Assembly (NCBI GenBank): GCA_016841065.1
Contig: JAENZW010000001.1
Span: 6,502 to 70,501 of the forward strand
DNA: 64,000 bases
Origin: Actinomycetota bacterium
GTDB lineage: Bacteria > Actinomycetota > Coriobacteriia > Anaerosomatales > JAENZW01
Direction: 5' to 3'
Shown here: positions 10,146 to 17,293 of the stretch, piece by piece
Numbering within the stretch: the stretch's first letter is position 1
Layout: each line of letters begins with the position of its first letter
Notes under the pieces: model-generated
The model's input: only the letters and a program-made list of their open reading frames with translations
Database searches by the model: none
What the model was told of the DNA's origin: nothing
Made by a program: the position numbers and the translations under genes

Positions 10146-10253
10146 GGCGGACTCCCTCTCGCGAGACGACGACACCCCGAGCAGTATAGGTGGATGCCCG
10201 GGGCGTCTGTCTAGTGAGCGAGCTGCAAAGCCCGCACTCAAGAGCTGGTCGTG

Positions 10254-10631
10254 CTACTTGTTCGACAACGACGCCAGATGATCGACGATCGTCGCGTACT
10301 CCTCTTCGGTGACTACAAGACCGTTGCGCTTCATCCGGTCGACACTGACTACCCACTCGTCGCGCGTCTTCTTGGCCGCCCACACTCGGTCGAGCGAGTG
10401 GCACATCGAGCACCGGACCTCAACGAGCTGCTGCGCTTCCTGAACCGCGGGATCGACGCCACCGTCGGTGGTCCCGGTGCTTGCCGAAGAACCGCCGGAC
10501 GAAGCGGGGGGCTGGCTCGATGGCTGGCTGTCGCTCTCTGAGTTGCCCGAGCAACCCGCGGCCAGCACACCCAGCGCCACAACCAGCACGGCAACGATCA
10601 CTGCAACTGCGTAACGACGATACCTACGCAT
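10254..10631 (-). CDS. lipoprotein with a single CXXCH haem-binding motif (monohaem c-type cytochrome-like)
   Basis: Start trimmed to ATG 10631 (AGGAGGA SD); the longer form overlaps the upstream gene. Signal peptide plus lipobox VLAAGC, a Ser/Gly-rich linker, then CSMCH followed by ...WVVSVDRM...EEEYATIVDHL. Confidence 0.65.
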   Translation of the reverse strand: MRRYRRYAVAVIVAVLVVALGVLAAGCSGNSESDSQPSSQPPASSGGSSASTGTTDGGVDPAVQEAQQLVEVRCSMCHSLDRVWAAKKTRDEWVVSVDRMKRNGLVVTEEEYATIVDHLASLSNK

Positions 10632-10662
10632 GTGTCCTCCTAGGTCACGCGACACACTGACC

Positions 10663-11343
10663 TCATGTATGTACCCCGCCAACGTAGGATGAGGCGACGC
10701 TCAGCACGCCGAAGATGATGAAGATCGCCCCCGAGACACGCCTCAGTAGCATCTCCGGCAGCTTCTTGCCGAGGACGCTCCCTATGAGGATCGCGATTGC
10801 GTCCGCCAGCACCATCCCGACCGTGGAACCAAGAGTGACGGCCCAGAACTGCGCCATCGGCGAGACGGAGGTCATGCCGACCCCGAGTGCCTCGATCGCC
10901 CGCTGCACGCCCGGACCGGCACCCTTCAGGTTCTCGAGCAGGGCGGATCCAGGATCGGCCGCGATGGTCATCGTCATGATCTGGGTCTTGTCGCCGAGTT
11001 CCGCGAAGAAGAACGCGATGCCGGTGGCGACTATCGGTCCGAATCGAGCGGCTCCCCTGTCGGCGTCAGAGTCGTCCACACTGTCGCCACGAAGCGTCCA
11101 GACGCCGAATCCGATGAAGAGCAGCCCGCTGATCCAGGGCAACAGCCCGACAGGGATGAAGGAGCCCGCGAGCTGTCCGAGCATCGCCGTGAAGAAGTGC
11201 ACGACGAACGTCGCCACGAAGATGCCGATCAGGACCTGCCAGGCGCGATAGCGCGTGGCCAGCACGAGGGCGAGGAGCTGCGACTTGTCGGCCAGCTCGC
11301 CGATCATTATCAGCACCAGGGACACCAGGAAGATGTACAGCAC
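10663..11343 (-). CDS. UPF0016 (GDT1/TMEM165-like) family membrane protein, putative Mn2+/Ca2+ transporter
   Basis: 226-aa ORF with two internal repeats, each carrying the E-x-G-D-K-[ST] motif (GELADKSQ and AELGDKTQ). Preceded by a Mn riboswitch. Confidence 0.85.
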   Translation of the reverse strand: MLYIFLVSLVLIMIGELADKSQLLALVLATRYRAWQVLIGIFVATFVVHFFTAMLGQLAGSFIPVGLLPWISGLLFIGFGVWTLRGDSVDDSDADRGAARFGPIVATGIAFFFAELGDKTQIMTMTIAADPGSALLENLKGAGPGVQRAIEALGVGMTSVSPMAQFWAVTLGSTVGMVLADAIAILIGSVLGKKLPEMLLRRVSGAIFIIFGVLSVASSYVGGVHT

Positions 11344-11427
11344 GCTTCGGCCTCCGTTCGGCCTTCATGCCGGAGAACGAAACGAGACTCCGGCGGACGA
11401 AGACGCTCTATCGAGCGCCGACTACCG

Positions 11428-11537
11428 CCGAAAGTCTCGCGTAGAGTCCCAGGTGGGTCCGGCGGCACCGGGGCCGAAAGCGCCCAGTATGTCGATGCCG
11501 CCTTCCGGCCGAGGCCGGAATCGCTACTCCCCTTCGG
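11428..11537 (-). promoter_or_regulatory. yybP-ykoY Mn2+ riboswitch aptamer
   Basis: Minus strand reads CCGAAGGGGAGUAGCgauuccggccucggccggaaGGCGGCAUCGACAUAC...UGCCGCC...CUACGCGAGACUUUCGG. This has the invariant GGGGAGUAGC, the GACAUA segment and a 3' GAGAC, closed by a P1 helix CCGAA/UUUCGG. It lies 85 nt upstream of a UPF0016 gene, with TerC downstream; both are classic targets of this riboswitch class. Confidence 0.82.
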
Positions 11538-11545
11538 ATGAAGTG

Positions 11546-11574
11546 AGACTACCCCGCACGTGAAGAGCGGTCAA
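11546..11574 (-). promoter_or_regulatory. sigma-70-type promoter for the riboswitch/UPF0016 transcript
   Basis: Minus strand TTGACC (11574..11569), 17-nt spacer, TAGTCT (11551..11546). Predicted start is a few nt before riboswitch P1. Confidence 0.5.
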
Positions 11575-11608
11575 CGCGCGTCGAGGTCGGAGCGGTCCGG
11601 AGAAGAGC

Positions 11609-12001
11609 CTACCCGCCGACGAGTGCCTCGATACGCTGCAGGGTCTCCTCGATCCCCGTCAGGCGGGATTGGACGTCTTCGATCTCGACCTCCGCCTTCG
11701 TGTTGGTGTCATAGTCCGCCTGCGCCTGGTAGCGATCGCGCTCAGCTGCCCGATTCTGGCTCATCATGATGATCGGCGCGGCGTAGGCAGCCTGCACCGA
11801 GAACATCAGGTTCAACAGGATGAACGGGTACGGATCCCAGTGCCTCAGCCATCCGACGATGTTGAGCACGACCCACAGCAGAATCAACGTCGTCTGGCCG
11901 ATGATGAAGGGCCACGAGCCGAGCGTGCGTGCGGTGGAGTCGGCGATGCGTTGCCCGGCTGTCAGATCCGCGCGGTGGCGCTGTTGCCAGTTGTGGGGCA
12001 T
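11609..12001 (-). CDS. DUF1003 domain-containing membrane protein
   Basis: 130-aa ORF with two TM helices, the segment LNLMFSVQAAYAAPIIMMSQNR and a C-terminal coiled coil. I recall this pattern as DUF1003. Confidence 0.7.
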   Translation of the reverse strand: MPHNWQQRHRADLTAGQRIADSTARTLGSWPFIIGQTTLILLWVVLNIVGWLRHWDPYPFILLNLMFSVQAAYAAPIIMMSQNRAAERDRYQAQADYDTNTKAEVEIEDVQSRLTGIEETLQRIEALVGG

Positions 12002-12144
12002 GCGTACTCCTCATGACGGGTCGACATCCATCGTGAATGTACATTCCCTATCGGAGCTGGGGTGGTCCGTACGTTCTCTGCCGAAGACAAGTCCGGGCCC
12101 CGCGACTGCGAGACCCGGATCCTGCACTCTGCCATCGGCAGTTC

Positions 12145-12285
12145 TTACACGCACGGGCAGGTAGCACAACTCCCGTCCTTCAGCTGCTGCTGGATGCGCA
12201 GGCAATCGCCCGCCCATGCGCCAGCCGGAAGAACCATCATCGCTGCCAGAATCGCACCCACCAGTAGAACAGCCATCTTCCTCAT
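12145..12285 (-). CDS. small secreted Cys-rich peptide (46 aa), hypothetical
   Basis: Below the ORF-track cutoff. My translation is MRKMAVLLVGAILAAMMVLPAGAWA|GDCLRIQQQLKDGSCATCPCV*. It has a Sec-type signal peptide with an AWA cleavage motif and 4 Cys in a 21-aa mature part. AAGGGGTGG lies upstream of the ATG, and a small hairpin (ctgcc-gat-ggcag) follows the stop. Confidence 0.4.
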   Translation of the reverse strand: MRKMAVLLVGAILAAMMVLPAGAWAGDCLRIQQQLKDGSCATCPCV

Positions 12286-12420
12286 CACGAGCCACCCCTT
12301 GACACTCGCGCCCCTCCGAGAGTGACAACGAGACGGTGGCGGGACAGGATGCGCGGCAGGCGAGGATGAGGACGGAGAGCGGATGACAGCGTGCGGGATG
12401 CGACCAGCCAGCCCGTACTG

Positions 12421-13551
12421 CTATCGCAGCTCCACGCCCAGTTGCCGACCCATGTGCGCGTAGAACTCCTCGATCGTGCCGAAGCCCGTCGCTGGCAACC
12501 AGTACTTGTTGGCTAGCCACGATTGAACTGCGATGAAGAGCCCTTCGCCGCCATCACGCAATCGATCGAAGTGCGCGGCATCGTAGCGCCGCGGCCCGCG
12601 GTACCGATCCGTCCCGTGCCACACTGAACCCTCCAGATGCAGTACTCGATTGGGGCCGGCCATCTCGTAGACCTCCCCCAGTCGACCGGTCGATTCGAGG
12701 TACGAGAAGTACAACGCCATCTCGGTCCACCCGGGGTTCTGGGCAAGCACGACCGACCACGGCTTCTCGTGCATATCACTGAGATGCGAACACATCTCTC
12801 GCATCGACTCCGTGTGGTACAGCACCGGGGTCTCGCTCGGATATCGTCCCGCGTAGCGCTCCTCGCGCTCGCCTCCCAGCAGCGCCATCGATGCTGCGAT
12901 CCGCGCCTCCTTCCTCCGTGCCTCCTTCTCGGCGAAGTCCGGCACGTAGAGTTCCCGGTAGGTTTCGGCCGTCTCCACACCGCAGACTCCGCGCTCCCCG
13001 TCGATCAGCTCTGCCGAAGAGAATTCGCGAATGCAGACCACGTCGCTGTCGAGCGTGAGGTAGAACGGCGTGGTCACGCGCGCGGCCGCAGCGAGCTTGA
13101 GCATCTGCTGGACACGCCAACCCACGATGGAACCGGTCTCGGAATCGACTGCGCGCACGACATCCGGACAAACGTCGAGCTCGGAAATCACACGAATGCG
13201 CTCGTCGTCGGAGACGGTTCGGACGAGCAGGGTGACGTCATCGACCTCATCCCCGGGACATATCACGAGCAGCTCGCACAGGTCACTCAGGTTGAATTTG
13301 GACCAGAGCGACGCCAGACCGAACCTCAGTCGGTGGCCAACGCTTCCATCGGGCGAGCGACGCCAAGCGGCGGTCGATCCAAGGCGTGCGTCCTCCCTGA
13401 GCGTCACCGGCATCACGAACGTGAGCTGGTTCGCAGCGCAAGAGCGTCTGAGCGAGGGAATCTGCGAGCGCACGGACAATCCTTCCTGCCGCTGGGCAGG
13501 ATTGTCGCACAGGTGCACGTCAGTAGCACCGATAGCACGAGACCCCGGCAT
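12421..13551 (-). CDS. hypothetical protein, possibly a GT-A-like nucleotide-sugar transferase (DUF6492-like)
   Basis: 376-aa ORF. FYLTLDSDVV contains a DxD-like motif. The real start may be the internal ATG at 13413 (MPVTLRED...). No confident family assignment from sequence alone. Confidence 0.45.
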   Translation of the reverse strand: MPGSRAIGATDVHLCDNPAQRQEGLSVRSQIPSLRRSCAANQLTFVMPVTLREDARLGSTAAWRRSPDGSVGHRLRFGLASLWSKFNLSDLCELLVICPGDEVDDVTLLVRTVSDDERIRVISELDVCPDVVRAVDSETGSIVGWRVQQMLKLAAAARVTTPFYLTLDSDVVCIREFSSAELIDGERGVCGVETAETYRELYVPDFAEKEARRKEARIAASMALLGGEREERYAGRYPSETPVLYHTESMREMCSHLSDMHEKPWSVVLAQNPGWTEMALYFSYLESTGRLGEVYEMAGPNRVLHLEGSVWHGTDRYRGPRRYDAAHFDRLRDGGEGLFIAVQSWLANKYWLPATGFGTIEEFYAHMGRQLGVELR

Positions 13552-13575
13552 TGTCGCCGAGGCCTCGGTATTTGA

Positions 13576-13650
13576 TGGTGGGCGCTAGAGGATTTGAACC
13601 TCTGACCCCTTCCGCGTCAAGGAAGTGCTCTCCCCCTGAGCTAAGCGCCC
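13576..13650 (-). tRNA. tRNA-Val (GAC)
   Basis: Reverse complement GGGCGCTTAGCTCAGGGGGAGAGCACTTCCTTGACGCGGAAGGGGTCAGAGGTTCAAATCCTCTAGCGCCCACCA. It forms a full cloverleaf with anticodon loop TTGACGC and an encoded CCA. Confidence 0.95.
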
Positions 13651-13773
13651 GTATGTACTCTGCAAAGAGCAGCGAACGGTATTGTACCAGTCATTCCCCG
13701 ATACGCCAGTCCCCTCCTGCAAGACGTCCGACGCCACCGGCGTCACCCGCCCGGAACCTGGCTGCAGCTCACC

Positions 13774-13802
13774 TTGCATGGCCCTAGACCCCCTGATACA
13801 CT
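13774..13802 (+). promoter_or_regulatory. sigma-70-type promoter for tRNA-Gly/tRNA-Cys
   Basis: TTGCAT (13774..13779), 17-nt spacer, TACACT (13797..13802), 11 nt before the tRNA-Gly 5' end. Confidence 0.5.
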
Positions 13803-13813
13803 ACCCTTCGCGC

Positions 13814-13889
13814 GCGGACGTGGCTCAGCTGGTAGAGCACAACCTTGCCAAGGTTGGGGTCGCGGGTTCGAATCCCGTCGTCCGCTCCA
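13814..13889 (+). tRNA. tRNA-Gly (GCC)
   Basis: GCGGACGTGGCTCAGCTGGTAGAGCACAACCTTGCCAAGGTTGGGGTCGCGGGTTCGAATCCCGTCGTCCGCTCCA. It forms a cloverleaf with anticodon loop TTGCCAA and an encoded CCA. Confidence 0.95.
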
Positions 13890-13979
13890 TCGACACTCCG
13901 AAGGTCGGCCCGGAGGGCACGCACAGGGCCCAATGTGGTCGGCCTTTTGACATTAGGAACTCCAAGGTTCCACGCATAC

Positions 13980-14053
13980 GGCGACGTGGCCAAGTGGCAA
14001 GGCAGGGGCCTGCAAAGCCCTTATCCCCGGTTCGAATCCGGGCGTCGCCTCCA
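13980..14053 (+). tRNA. tRNA-Cys (GCA)
   Basis: GGCGACGTGGCCAAGTGGCAAGGCAGGGGCCTGCAAAGCCCTTATCCCCGGTTCGAATCCGGGCGTCGCCTCCA. It forms a cloverleaf with anticodon loop CTGCAAA and an encoded CCA. Confidence 0.95.
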
Positions 14054-14063
14054 TGACACACAG

Positions 14064-14086
14064 CAGGCCGCCTTCATGGCGGCCTG
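14064..14086 (+). terminator. stem-loop terminator after tRNA-Cys
   Basis: caggccgcc-ttcat-ggcggcctg, a perfect 9-bp stem, followed by tgtcgtt. Confidence 0.6.
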
Positions 14087-14185
14087 TGTCGTTCCCGGTA
14101 GTGCAACGGGCCGCCCGTAGGCGACCCGTTGTTCTCCTCGGCACGCTGTCGGGTGCCGGCAAACACCCGTCAGCACGCCGAGAAG

Positions 14186-14208
14186 CCGGGCGGGAGCAAC
14201 CCACCCGG
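14186..14208 (-). terminator. stem-loop downstream of the 50-aa ORF
   Basis: Minus strand CCGGGTGGG-ttgct-CCCGCCCGG (9 bp, one mismatch), followed by cttctc, about 20 nt after the stop at 14228. Confidence 0.45.
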
Positions 14209-14227
14209 GCATGGGGAGAAAGGGGCC

Positions 14228-14380
14228 CTAGTTCGCGTACTTGATCTGGATGCGCTTCGCCTGCTCGAGACGGAACAGACCGCGCTCGACATCGCTGGGA
14301 TCAGGGATGTTCTGGAGTGCCCACTTGATGATCTCATCGGGCACGAGTGGATAGCGCTTGCGCGCCTGCGTGAGGGTCAT
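14228..14380 (-). CDS. hypothetical small protein (50 aa)
   Basis: ORF track 14228..14434. Start trimmed to ATG 14380, which has GGAGGT 7 nt upstream. Translation: MTLTQARKRYPLVPDEIIKWALQNIPDPSDVERGLFRLEQAKRIQIKYAN. No family recognised. Confidence 0.5.
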   Translation of the reverse strand: MTLTQARKRYPLVPDEIIKWALQNIPDPSDVERGLFRLEQAKRIQIKYAN

Positions 14381-14396
14381 GCTAGTACCTCCAGTT

Positions 14397-14420
14397 GCTA
14401 CGACTACTGCTACGACTACT
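14397..14420. repeat. perfect 12-bp tandem duplication (gctacgactact x2) in a divergent promoter region
   Basis: Read directly: gctacgactact at 14397..14408 and again at 14409..14420, followed by a partial gct. It lies in the leader/promoter of the 50-aa ORF. Confidence 0.9.
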
Positions 14421-14548
14421 GCTTCTGTATTCAACTGACCCTTCTAGCGCATAAGTATCCGACCCTATGCCACCGCCCGTCAAGCCGATACAATCTCGTG
14501 GGCAGCTCTCCGGCGCCCTTCCACGCCGTAGGAGGACTCGACCAACCG

Positions 14549-15748
14549 ATGCGTATCGGCTTCTTCACGGACACATACACACCGCAGATCAATGGCGTCG
14601 TCACGTCGATACTGCTGTTCAAGCACGCCCTCGAAGCGCTGGGCCACGAGGTCTACGTCTTCGCGCCCGATCCGGAAGATCAGGACGATGGAGACGTCAC
14701 CGTCCGCTTCCCGTCTATGCGTTTCGCCTTCCAGCCGGAGATGCGCATCGCGACACCAACATCACTAGAGGCTGTGCGACTGCTCGACGAGGTGGAGCTC
14801 GACATCGTGCACTCGCACGACCCGTTCTCCATCGGCCTCTTTGGTTTGCGAGTCGCACGGCGCCACAAGATTCCGTACGTGCACACGTACCACACGCTCT
14901 ACCCCGAGTACGTCCACTACGTGTGGGAGACCCGCCTCACCCGGAAACTCGCCGAGACGCTCTCACGCGGCTTCTGCCAGGCGTGCGATTCGATCATCGC
15001 CCCATCCTCGAAGGTCCAGGACTACCTGCGCAAGTGGGGCGTTACGGTCCCAATCGAGGTGCTGGCGACTGGAATCGACACCGACCGGTATGCCGTGCGG
15101 GACGAATCACGCATCGATGCTCTTCGGCAACGCCTTGGCATTGCGGCCGAAGACCGGGTGCTCCTGTTCATGGGCCGGCTGGGCCGGGAGAAGAACGTTG
15201 AAGCCCTCATCCGCGCGCTGTGGCACTGTCGCTGCGCGAATGCGAAGCTGTTGATTGCCGGCGACGGGCCTCACCGGCCCGAACTCGAGGACCTCGTGAC
15301 CGAGCTGGGCCTCCGCAAGCGAGTCGCATTCGCCGGCTACCTCAAGGGCCCGGACGCGGTCGCAGCCTATCACGCAGCGCACGTGTTCGCATTCTCATCG
15401 ACTACCGAAACTCAGGGGCTTGTCATCGGCGAGGCAATGGCCGCCGGTCTACCTGTCGTGGCTGCACAGGATGCGGCGGTCGAGGACTTCGTTGTGGACG
15501 GCGAGACTGGGTTGGTCGTGTTGGGCCGACCCGAAGACCTGGCGGACGGCTTCGACGCGCTCCTCGACGACGAGGAACTCCGCCTGAAGTTCGCGGCGGC
15601 ATCAGCAAACCGTGCGGCGCGATTCTCCATCCGCAACCAGACACAGCAGCTGCTCGCCCACTACGAGCACGGGATTGCGACGTACGAGCCCAAGAAGCGG
15701 CGCATACCGCGGCTCGAGTTCCCGCGTTCTCGCTCGGGGAAACCCTAG
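14549..15748 (+). CDS. glycosyltransferase family 4 (GT-B, group 1), possibly a glycolipid synthase
   Basis: ORF track 14129..15748. Start trimmed to ATG 14549 (GGAGGA 12 nt upstream), giving MRIGFFTDTYTPQINGVVTSI, a typical GT4 N-terminus. C-terminal E-x7-E region: STTETQGLVIGEAMAAGLPVV. Confidence 0.85.
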   Translation: MRIGFFTDTYTPQINGVVTSILLFKHALEALGHEVYVFAPDPEDQDDGDVTVRFPSMRFAFQPEMRIATPTSLEAVRLLDEVELDIVHSHDPFSIGLFGLRVARRHKIPYVHTYHTLYPEYVHYVWETRLTRKLAETLSRGFCQACDSIIAPSSKVQDYLRKWGVTVPIEVLATGIDTDRYAVRDESRIDALRQRLGIAAEDRVLLFMGRLGREKNVEALIRALWHCRCANAKLLIAGDGPHRPELEDLVTELGLRKRVAFAGYLKGPDAVAAYHAAHVFAFSSTTETQGLVIGEAMAAGLPVVAAQDAAVEDFVVDGETGLVVLGRPEDLADGFDALLDDEELRLKFAAASANRAARFSIRNQTQQLLAHYEHGIATYEPKKRRIPRLEFPRSRSGKP

Positions 15749-16341
15749 TCGCCCCACCGCTGGAACAGTTCGTGTTCTATGCCGAGTACGTCGAGCACCT
15801 TCCCGGCCACGAAGTTCACCTGATCGTCGATCGTCTCCGGCCGCTGATAGAAGGCAGGCATCGCCGGAACGATCACCGCACCGGCTTCGGCGAGCGTCGT
15901 GAGGTTCCGCAGGTGGACAAGCGAGAGTGGCGTCTCGCGAGGAACGAAGACCAGGGGCTTGCGCTCCTTGAGCATCACGTCCGCGGCGCGCTCCGGCAGA
16001 TTCGCAGCCATTCCCGCCGCCACCGACGCACAGAATCCCATGCTGGCGGGAACCACAATCATCCCGTCCACTCTGTGCGATCCGGATGCGATCGGGTCGA
16101 AGGAATCGCCGGCACACGCGACTCGCAGTGGCATGTCCGACCTCAGTTCCAGAAAGCGAAGAAGGGACTGTGCGCCGTTCTCCGCCGGCAAGTCGAATCC
16201 GATTTCGTATGCGGTCACATCCCGGCCGGCTTCGGTCATGATCGCCACCACCTCGTGGCCCTTCATGAGAAGTTGCTCGAGCACGCGCAGACCGTACACG
16301 CTGCCCGACGCGCCCGTGACGACCACTGTGTATCGACCCAT
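15745..16341 (-). CDS. ubiX: UbiX-family flavin prenyltransferase
   Basis: Start trimmed to ATG 16341, giving MGRYTVVVTGASGSVYGLRVLEQL, a flavoprotein P-loop-like N-terminus. About 198 aa. Downstream of the UbiD and UbiA homologues. Confidence 0.88.
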   Translation of the reverse strand: MGRYTVVVTGASGSVYGLRVLEQLLMKGHEVVAIMTEAGRDVTAYEIGFDLPAENGAQSLLRFLELRSDMPLRVACAGDSFDPIASGSHRVDGMIVVPASMGFCASVAAGMAANLPERAADVMLKERKPLVFVPRETPLSLVHLRNLTTLAEAGAVIVPAMPAFYQRPETIDDQVNFVAGKVLDVLGIEHELFQRWGD

Positions 16342-16357
16342 CCTCGAAACCCTCTCT

Positions 16358-17293
16358 CTAGCCGAGGAGCCGGTCCAGGACCGCTCCCGCAAGTACGACG
16401 ATAGCGATGATGCCGTTCGTCGTGAAGAACGCAGCGTTCACGCGCGACGTGTCTTCGGCAGACACGATCGCATTCTCGTAGGCGAGCAATGCCGCTGCGA
16501 TGGCTACTCCGGCATACCACGGCCAGCCCGCGACGGCGAGATAGCCGCCGAATGCGAGTAGCACCGCAGTGACCACATGCGCTATGCGCGTCTGCACGAG
16601 CGCACGCGCGACCCCCAAGTCGGCCGGCATGGAATGCACCCCGTCGCGAACGTCACACTCCACATCTTGCGTCGCGTAGATGATGTCGAAGCCAGCAGTC
16701 CACAGCGTCACAGCCAGCCCGAATATCCACGGAGCAGGGTCACCGATCGGGCCGCCAACGGCGACCCATCCGCCGACCGGTGCGAGTCCGAGGCACAGGC
16801 CGAGCCAGTAGTGGCACAGTGGCGTGAATCGCTTCGTGTAGGGGTAGACGAGGAATGCCATCAGCGGAATCGGCCACAGCACGTGAGTGATCGGCGCAAG
16901 CTGCCACACGCCGACGAGATATGCCACTAGCATGCCCAGCGCGAAGAGCCACAGCTCCCAGGCCTTCACGAGACCCGCTGGAACGGCGCGTCCCGCGGTG
17001 CGCGGATTGCGTGCGTCGATCTCCTTGTCGATGGCGCGATTGAGCACGAACGCGAATGCTCGGGCGCCCACCATCACGACCGTGATCCAGATCAGGTCCG
17101 TCCAAGCAGGCCACACACCGCCCGTCTCGGATGCTCCGTATAGCGCGCCGATGTACGCGTAGGGTAGCGCGAAGATGCTGTGCTCGAACTTCACGAGCTC
17201 CAGTAGCATCCCGACAGTCCCGCGCACGCCGCGCTCACGCGCCGCCGAAGGTGGGCCCGCGGCGATGCCGCCGGACTGGTCGGTGTCAGCCAA
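16358..17293 (-). CDS. UbiA-family aromatic prenyltransferase (4-hydroxybenzoate polyprenyltransferase-like; possible menaquinone MqnP-type)
   Basis: 311-aa polytopic protein with the NRAIDKEIDARNPRT Asp-rich motif and a second D-rich motif (YATQDVECD). Lies between UbiD and UbiX homologues. Confidence 0.85.
   Translation of the reverse strand: MADTDQSGGIAAGPPSAARERGVRGTVGMLLELVKFEHSIFALPYAYIGALYGASETGGVWPAWTDLIWITVVMVGARAFAFVLNRAIDKEIDARNPRTAGRAVPAGLVKAWELWLFALGMLVAYLVGVWQLAPITHVLWPIPLMAFLVYPYTKRFTPLCHYWLGLCLGLAPVGGWVAVGGPIGDPAPWIFGLAVTLWTAGFDIIYATQDVECDVRDGVHSMPADLGVARALVQTRIAHVVTAVLLAFGGYLAVAGWPWYAGVAIAAALLAYENAIVSAEDTSRVNAAFFTTNGIIAIVVLAGAVLDRLLG

Noticed and set aside
10146-10253. Possible second Mn riboswitch directly upstream of TerC (TerC genes often carry one).
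   Set aside because: There is no GGGGAGUAG or matching GAGAC/P1 arrangement. Only a generic hairpin and the palindrome TCTCGCGAGA are present. TerC is more simply explained as downstream of the riboswitch at 11428..11537 or as having its own promoter.
12011-12520. 169-aa minus-strand ORF spanning the gap between the GT-like gene and DUF1003.
   Set aside because: The composition is low-complexity and it overlaps the 3' end of the 12421..13551 gene. A different frame in the same region gives a much more protein-like signal-peptide ORF (12145..12285).
13552-14227. tRNA cluster (Val, Gly, Cys) examined as a possible genomic-island integration site.
   Set aside because: No integrase or recombinase gene, no direct repeat of a tRNA 3' end, and no obvious compositional break were found in the flanking 10 kb.
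14129-14548. N-terminal extensions of track ORFs (for example the GT4 ORF starting at 14129). The same applies to 20534..21292, 27965..30739, 30699..31370, 31590..32999, 32882..33493, 49218..50411, 55529..57268, 57070..57876 and 61180..62346.
   Set aside because: The extensions are Arg/Pro-rich, overlap the preceding gene or tRNA/terminator structures, and lack an SD. Internal starts with good SD sequences give canonical family N-termini.
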